From the NCBI GenBank assembly GCA_030668825.1, contig DAOVET010000091.1:1-10378 (forward strand): a DNA stretch of 10,378 bases, read 5' to 3'. Under the pieces are notes generated by a model. The model did not search any database, was not told the DNA's origin, and was given only the letters and a program-made list of their open reading frames with translations. Positions 1 to 4,830 of this stretch are shown here, in pieces (position 1 is the stretch's first letter; every line of letters starts with the position of its first letter). The stretch comes from Candidatus Heimdallarchaeota archaeon. GTDB lineage: Archaea > Asgardarchaeota > Heimdallarchaeia > Heimdallarchaeales > Heimdallarchaeaceae. The position numbers and the translations under genes were made by a program.

Positions 1-1896
1 TCTTCCACCAAGAGCTGATAAACTTATTTTTGATTTCTTCAAGACCTCTTCATCGGATCTGAGACGTTTTTCTAGCTTAACACGTAATTCTTTACCTTCC
101 TTTGCTTTCATTTTCTTGCTTGCTATTTTCGCCTTAATCTGTCTGAGACGTTCTCTAATAGCTAAAACTTCTTCATATTGTTTGATAAATTTCTCTATCT
201 CATCAACAGGAATGAATTCTTTTTCTATCTCAGCTTCAGAAAGTCCCTTTACTCGTTTTGATGACCAGCGAAGTCCAAGGTATATAGCAAAGATGATACC
301 GACTGCCATAAATTGCCAGAAGAATGTGATAAACATGTTAAAACCAGTGTAACTATATTCTATGATTAATGATGCATTATCGCTTCCCGAGAAATTCGTG
401 AACTGTAATCCTACTACTCTCTTTGTTCCCAGTGCAGTAAAATCGAATAATCTCCCATAATCAATTATCATATCCTGATAAGGATCTGTGTTCCCATAGT
501 TGAGTTCCTTATATACTGCTCCCTTAGGAAGAATTATTTCAAGATGTAAATTATCTATGGACCAATTCACAATTGAACTTGGAGAAAGTGTGAGCTTGTA
601 GTTTGAACTTCCTTGTTCTTTCTCTAGAACACTCTCCATTGGAACAGTGTATACAATTGTAAATTTCATTTCTTCTCCATGGAATAGAGGTTCTCTTGGA
701 AAGATAAGCAAAGCTTTATGTCCTTCAAATGTACTATCCCTTAGGTTGTAAGCACCTCTTTCAAAATATCCCTCTTCATTTATCTGATATTCTTGATTTA
801 AGGATCCGGTGTCATCATACAAATCAATAACAGTAACGTTTTTTGGAAACACTAGCGGGAATGCGTTTAAAGCATACAGTTTTGGAGAGAGAAAATTATA
901 ATCTTCAGGTCTTTCACTACCTAAGAAAATGATATTCTGTGTTTCGGTTATTTGTACTAATCCATAAGGATCAATTTCTACGACTCTATGAACTTCTGTT
1001 GCTTTAAACAACAATGTGCTTGAATGTTGTTCTACATCAGCAGTACTTACTGAAGATATATGTACATTAAGAAGAAGATCGTCAGAATATGATTGACTAT
1101 AGTTAAATGGTAATCTTGTAATGTTTGTCCATTCAAGAGTACCACTTGTTGCGTCATTGATAACGGTTATTCCTTCAGTGTCATTTCCCGGAGATATTGA
1201 GAACCCTGGAGTGTCTAGATAATTGTCATTACCCTGTTTTGTAACTTTGACTGATCCATTAACAATTGGTATATCGTTAATAAGGGGATACAACAGCTCT
1301 TCGTAATGAGTGATCTGTTCTCCTGAGTAAAGCTCGTGAGTATAAGGCATAGAAAATTCAATATAAGAATTGATGAAATAAACATCCTCTTGGTGAATTT
1401 CTGTTAAATTCTCACTGAAGGGAATGATGAAGGTTGTATAGTTCAATAATTTGTTAAATGTATATGTCCGAGAAGCATTAGCTTCTATTAGTGACTCATA
1501 AGTGGCATTAGCAACACGAAAACTGGCGTAAGATATTTTGTCAGTATGAATATTAGGCAATGTATAATTGAAATAGGTCAAATTTAGATTACCGATGACA
1601 TTTAATTCAATACTATCTATAATTGAAAGCACACCAAAATTCTCTATGTTAATTGTTCTATTAAATGAAGATGTTGCATTTAATCCATAGTCGATGATGC
1701 TGATATCATTATATCCTTCATCACTGTACACTATACCACTTGAGGTAAGAAGGGGTGTACTATTCACAATATTCGATAGATCTGTTTGAGGGTTCATTTC
1801 TGCGGAACCCTGTGTTGAACTAAACATAGTTGAAAACGATATGCTAACGATGACAAGTAATGTAAAAGTTAACATTGTACCTTTGTTTTTGTGCAT
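1..1896 (-). CDS. Ribophorin I (RPN1/Ost1)-like type I membrane glycoprotein, partial (3' end runs off the window)
   Basis: Manual translation from ATG at 1896 is open for 632 codons to the window edge. N-terminal signal sequence MHKNKGTMLTFTLLVIVSISFSTMFSSTQG. Ribophorin I motifs occur in order: HRVVEIDPYGLVQITE (990-943), FPKNVTVIDLYDDTGSL, PREPLFHGEEMKFTIVYTVP (starts 699), IDNLHLEIILPKGA, LGTKRVV, IEYSY. One TM helix MFITFFWQFMAVGIIFAIYLGL (336-271) is followed by a K/E-rich helical tail. SD-like GAGGT lies upstream of the ATG. Confidence 0.85.
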   Translation of the reverse strand, partial: MHKNKGTMLTFTLLVIVSISFSTMFSSTQGSAEMNPQTDLSNIVNSTPLLTSSGIVYSDEGYNDISIIDYGLNATSSFNRTINIENFGVLSIIDSIELNVIGNLNLTYFNYTLPNIHTDKISYASFRVANATYESLIEANASRTYTFNKLLNYTTFIIPFSENLTEIHQEDVYFINSYIEFSMPYTHELYSGEQITHYEELLYPLINDIPIVNGSVKVTKQGNDNYLDTPGFSISPGNDTEGITVINDATSGTLEWTNITRLPFNYSQSYSDDLLLNVHISSVSTADVEQHSSTLLFKATEVHRVVEIDPYGLVQITETQNIIFLGSERPEDYNFLSPKLYALNAFPLVFPKNVTVIDLYDDTGSLNQEYQINEEGYFERGAYNLRDSTFEGHKALLIFPREPLFHGEEMKFTIVYTVPMESVLEKEQGSSNYKLTLSPSSIVNWSIDNLHLEIILPKGAVYKELNYGNTDPYQDMIIDYGRLFDFTALGTKRVVGLQFTNFSGSDNASLIIEYSYTGFNMFITFFWQFMAVGIIFAIYLGLRWSSKRVKGLSEAEIEKEFIPVDEIEKFIKQYEEVLAIRERLRQIKAKIASKKMKAKEGKELRVKLEKRLRSDEEVLKKSKISLSALGGR

Positions 1897-1945
1897 TTAT
1901 ACTAACCTCGTCTAATACGGTCCTTGTGCAGATGAGAAGGAGCAA

Positions 1946-1960
1946 TTTTAAATATTTTGG
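1946..1960 (-). promoter_or_regulatory. Putative archaeal BRE/TATA promoter for the ribophorin I-like gene
   Basis: Minus strand reads CCAAAA-TATTTAAAA about 50 nt upstream of the ATG at 1896, which leaves a short 5' UTR containing the GAGGT SD-like site. The AT-rich background limits certainty. Confidence 0.45.
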
Positions 1961-1975
1961 CTTATCAGACATTTC

Positions 1976-2026
1976 ATGAAATTCGAAGATTTTGGAAGAG
2001 AACTAAAGATTTTCAAACCCTTCTTT
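1976..2026 (+). repeat. Diverged direct repeat, copy 1 (upstream of the peptidase gene)
   Basis: atgaaattcgaagattttggaagagaactaaagattttcaaacccttcttt matches 3378-3428 at 38/51 positions ungapped (22 of the first 26). Confidence 0.7.
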
Positions 2027-2183
2027 CTATTTTTGTGAAAAACTAGATTTGATGGTTAATTAGTAAATATTTTACTTCACTGTTTGAATTGAATTATCAA
2101 ATTGTAAAATTATATTTTAACTACCTAATGTTTATATGTTAATTTGTCTATTATACAGTACTAAATATATAGGAGATGAAATT

Positions 2184-3308
2184 TTGAATAGAAACAAAAA
2201 CATAAAAAATCAATTTTCTGGTTTTACTGTACTGTTCATTCTTGTTTTGTTCTTTACCTCTACTATTTCAAATGCTGCATTTGGAATAGAATATACTTAT
2301 AGAGGAGAGGTGCGTAATGAAGATGGAACAGTACTTAATAACGTGAAAATAGAACTTTTAGAAGACTTGCAGGTTGTATTTACTACTTATACTGGTTCAG
2401 ATGGCAAATATGAATTTGCATATACACCAAACAGACTGAAGATATACAGAATTAGAGCATCTAAGTATCCTTATGAAACAGAAGATAAACTCGCTTTAAA
2501 TATTCCAAGAACAACCATATGCGAAACAGATTTTGTATTGATTTATATTGAAAAATTTGCAGTTCTTGTGGGAATAAATGAGTATCAGAATGTTTTGATA
2601 CCTCCTCTTGCTTGTCCACATAGCGATGTAAATGCCTGGTACTATTTTCTAGAGGCGTACCTAGATTTTCCTGAAGACAATTTATATGTCTTTGGAGATC
2701 AGAATGAGGAAAATTATTTCAAATATACAGGAATAGCTACAAAGAGTAATGTTGTAAACAAGATTCAAGATGTTATGAACGAAGCAGATTCTACAGACAT
2801 AGTTGCTTTCATTTTCAGTGGACATGGTGGGATAAATGGAGGAGCAGCAACGATAATAATGTGGGATGAATATCAACAACTACATGATTGGGAGATAGTA
2901 GAAATAGTTGAGAGACCTTTAGTTGAGTCACCTAAAATTTTCGCTTTCATAGAAACTTGTCATAGTGGTGGATTTGTTAATGGACCTTGGACATTTCAAG
3001 GAACAATAATACATGATCTTACATCGATGAGCAATTCCGAAAAAGTCTATGCAACAACACCATGTGACTTTAATGGAGGTTCTTGGGAATCGTCTATTCT
3101 TGATTCTGGATTATGGACATATTTCTTTCTAGATATGACCTGGATAGGTCATTATGGAGGAGCACAGCATATACCATTAGAAGATATATATGATGTAGCT
3201 AAACCTGATTATGTACAATATCTCATAGATAATTATTTGATGGATCCAAATTATCATAATACTCCTCAAGAATTTGATGGAAACCCAAATGAATGGTTTG
3301 ATCTTTAG
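2184..3308 (+). CDS. Secreted clan CD (caspase/metacaspase/legumain-fold) cysteine peptidase with an N-terminal carboxypeptidase-regulatory-like beta-sandwich domain
   Basis: TTG 2184 is preferred over 2136 because GGAGATG (2172-2178) is an SD-like site and the start gives a signal peptide (MNRNKNIKNQFSGFTVLFILVLFFTSTISNA). Beta domain YRGEVRNEDGTVL...TYTGSDGKYEF...YRIRASKYPY...DFVL at 2298-2540. Peptidase domain KFAVLVGINEY, ATKSNV, FSGHGG (His 2823-2825), IETCHSGG (Cys 2958-2960). Confidence 0.88.
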   Translation: MNRNKNIKNQFSGFTVLFILVLFFTSTISNAAFGIEYTYRGEVRNEDGTVLNNVKIELLEDLQVVFTTYTGSDGKYEFAYTPNRLKIYRIRASKYPYETEDKLALNIPRTTICETDFVLIYIEKFAVLVGINEYQNVLIPPLACPHSDVNAWYYFLEAYLDFPEDNLYVFGDQNEENYFKYTGIATKSNVVNKIQDVMNEADSTDIVAFIFSGHGGINGGAATIIMWDEYQQLHDWEIVEIVERPLVESPKIFAFIETCHSGGFVNGPWTFQGTIIHDLTSMSNSEKVYATTPCDFNGGSWESSILDSGLWTYFFLDMTWIGHYGGAQHIPLEDIYDVAKPDYVQYLIDNYLMDPNYHNTPQEFDGNPNEWFDL

Positions 3309-3377
3309 TATTAATTCGTTAGAATTCGTGTAATGATGAATGCCAGTTTAACCAAAGAAAATCTAGATTTTGCTTTA

Positions 3378-3428
3378 ATGAAATTCTAAGTTTCAGGAAG
3401 AGAGCTCAATCTCTTTCAATACTTCTTT
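3378..3428 (+). repeat. Diverged direct repeat, copy 2 (downstream of the peptidase gene)
   Basis: atgaaattctaagtttcaggaagagagctcaatctctttcaatacttcttt, 1402 bp from copy 1. Confidence 0.7.
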
Positions 3429-3434
3429 TTTTTT
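3396..3434 (+). terminator. Putative terminator of the peptidase gene
   Basis: 8-bp stem GGAAGAGA/TCTCTTTC (one G-U pair, loop GCTCAA) followed by a T9 tract at 3426-3434, about 90 nt after the stop codon. Confidence 0.5.
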
Positions 3435-3540
3435 ATTTATAAATTGGAGAAAAATACTAAGATATCTAGGAATAATTCTAGTATAATGATGGGTAATTAT
3501 AATGTTCCAATTCTCATTGTAATAACAGTGAAACAGTTAA

Positions 3541-3785
3541 TTACTGGGATCCTTTCGATTCCTTTTGATCTCCTTCGAAGTCACCTAGCATCGTTTGAAC
3601 TTTAAGATTACACTTCACATGGATTCGTACAGTTACCCTCAGATAAACTCCTAGAACCATGTAAGGATTAAATGTACGAATCTTACGTCTACAAATTTCA
3701 TTACTTTTGCTTCGATCTAATCCTTCTCGAAAGAAATGTAACCGATATCACTAAAATCGCTACTGAGAGTTACTTTTTTTCTTTT
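3541..3785. other. GC-enriched intergenic island with nested inverted repeats (candidate structured RNA or element remnant)
   Basis: About 37% GC over 3541-3770 versus about 22% over 3421-3540 (hand count). Perfect 10-bp inverted repeat at 3622-3631/3673-3682 plus nested outer stems; T-tract at 3774-3785. Confidence 0.3.
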
Positions 3786-4025
3786 AGTATCACAATCTTA
3801 TCATATAGGATGGATGCTGTTTCTAGCTCGTATACAGCATTGACACTTAGCATGAATAATTCATATTATAGGCAAATGTAATTCTCATCAAATTTAACAA
3901 ATAATATACTTCATATTGCTATTTTCTAGCAAAATAATTTTTTTTGTAATCAAAAACGCTATTTCTGTGAATTTTAATCTACATTCAGTAGGAAAATTTT
4001 TGTATTTTGTTACTTTCAGCTATTT

Positions 4026-4826
4026 GTGTATTCTAAAAAAGTGACAGTTGAAGAAGTTGCAAAAATGATTGATCATACTAATTTGAAATCTATTGCAACA
4101 AAAAAAGAGATATCTACTTTATGTGATGAAGCAATAGATTATGGTTTTGCTGCTGTTTGTGTAAATACTGCAAACGTTTCACATTGTTCTAAATTACTAA
4201 AACAGTCTGATGTAGAGGTTGCTGCGGTTGTAGGTTTTCCTCTTGGTGTTTGTACATCCAAATCCAAATTCTATGAAACTCAGGAAGCAGTTGAGCTTGG
4301 GGCAACAGAAATTGATATGGTTATGAACGTAGGTTTTTTCCGAGATGGAAATTTCTCTGCTGTAGCTGAGGACATTGAAACAGTGGTTAAAGCTGCAGAT
4401 GGAGCAACTGTTAAGGTTATACTTGAAACAGGTTATCTTACTGATGAGCAGATAGTTAAAGCTTGCCAGATTTCAAAGGATGCCAACGCTCACTATGTAA
4501 AAACATCAACCGGTTTCGGTCCAATGGGAGCTTTTGTTGATCATGTTTCTCTTATGAGAAATACAATTGGAAAAGATATGGGATTAAAAGCTGCAGGAGG
4601 AATTCGAAATGCTAAAACAGCTGTTCGAATGATAAATGCTGGTGCAGATAGATTAGGGGCTAGTGCAGGTATCACGATTATCGATTCTCTCTCTAAAACC
4701 TTGGAAAACGGAGAGTGGTTTAATTCAGACTCTGACAAACTTGAGGAAATTTATTCTTGGGGGGCTGCTGATCCAAAGAAACAACCCAAGGACATATATG
4801 AGTATTATATAGCAAAAAACAAGTAA
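4026..4826 (+). CDS. deoC: Deoxyribose-phosphate aldolase (DERA) with a C-terminal extension
   Basis: IDHTNLK, FAAVCV, VVGFPLG, GATEIDMVMN, VKVILETGYL, Schiff-base VKTSTGF (Lys at 4500), KAAGGIR, RLGASAG. GTG start; GTG 4041 or ATG 4065 are alternatives. Confidence 0.96.
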   Translation: MYSKKVTVEEVAKMIDHTNLKSIATKKEISTLCDEAIDYGFAAVCVNTANVSHCSKLLKQSDVEVAAVVGFPLGVCTSKSKFYETQEAVELGATEIDMVMNVGFFRDGNFSAVAEDIETVVKAADGATVKVILETGYLTDEQIVKACQISKDANAHYVKTSTGFGPMGAFVDHVSLMRNTIGKDMGLKAAGGIRNAKTAVRMINAGADRLGASAGITIIDSLSKTLENGEWFNSDSDKLEEIYSWGAADPKKQPKDIYEYYIAKNK

Positions 4827-4830
4827 TTAG

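Noticed and set aside
116-352. 78-aa plus-strand ORF
   Set aside because: Antisense shadow of the ribophorin I-like gene.
2136-2183. Longer N-terminus for the peptidase given by the ORF track
   Set aside because: No SD site; TTG 2184 has an SD-like site and gives a proper signal peptide.
2682-2879. 65-aa minus-strand ORF
   Set aside because: Antisense to the peptidase catalytic domain; no recognisable motif.
3333-3389. Possible C/D-box sRNA or SECIS-like element (ATGATGA at 3333-3339)
   Set aside because: No properly spaced CTGA D box, no SECIS helix II pairing, and the upstream gene has no in-frame TGA and ends in TAG.
3548-3580. CRISPR-like array
   Set aside because: Units are about 10 bp, degenerate and without spacers; no cas genes in the window.
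3541-3660. 39-aa minus-strand ORF MVLGVYLRVTVRIHVKCNLKVQTMLGDFEGDQKESKGSQ
   Set aside because: Short, no SD site, no recognisable motif; a pseudogene fragment cannot be excluded.
3672-3881. 69-aa plus-strand ORF in the intergenic region
   Set aside because: Atypical composition, runs through a T-tract and starts inside an inverted repeat; no recognisable family.
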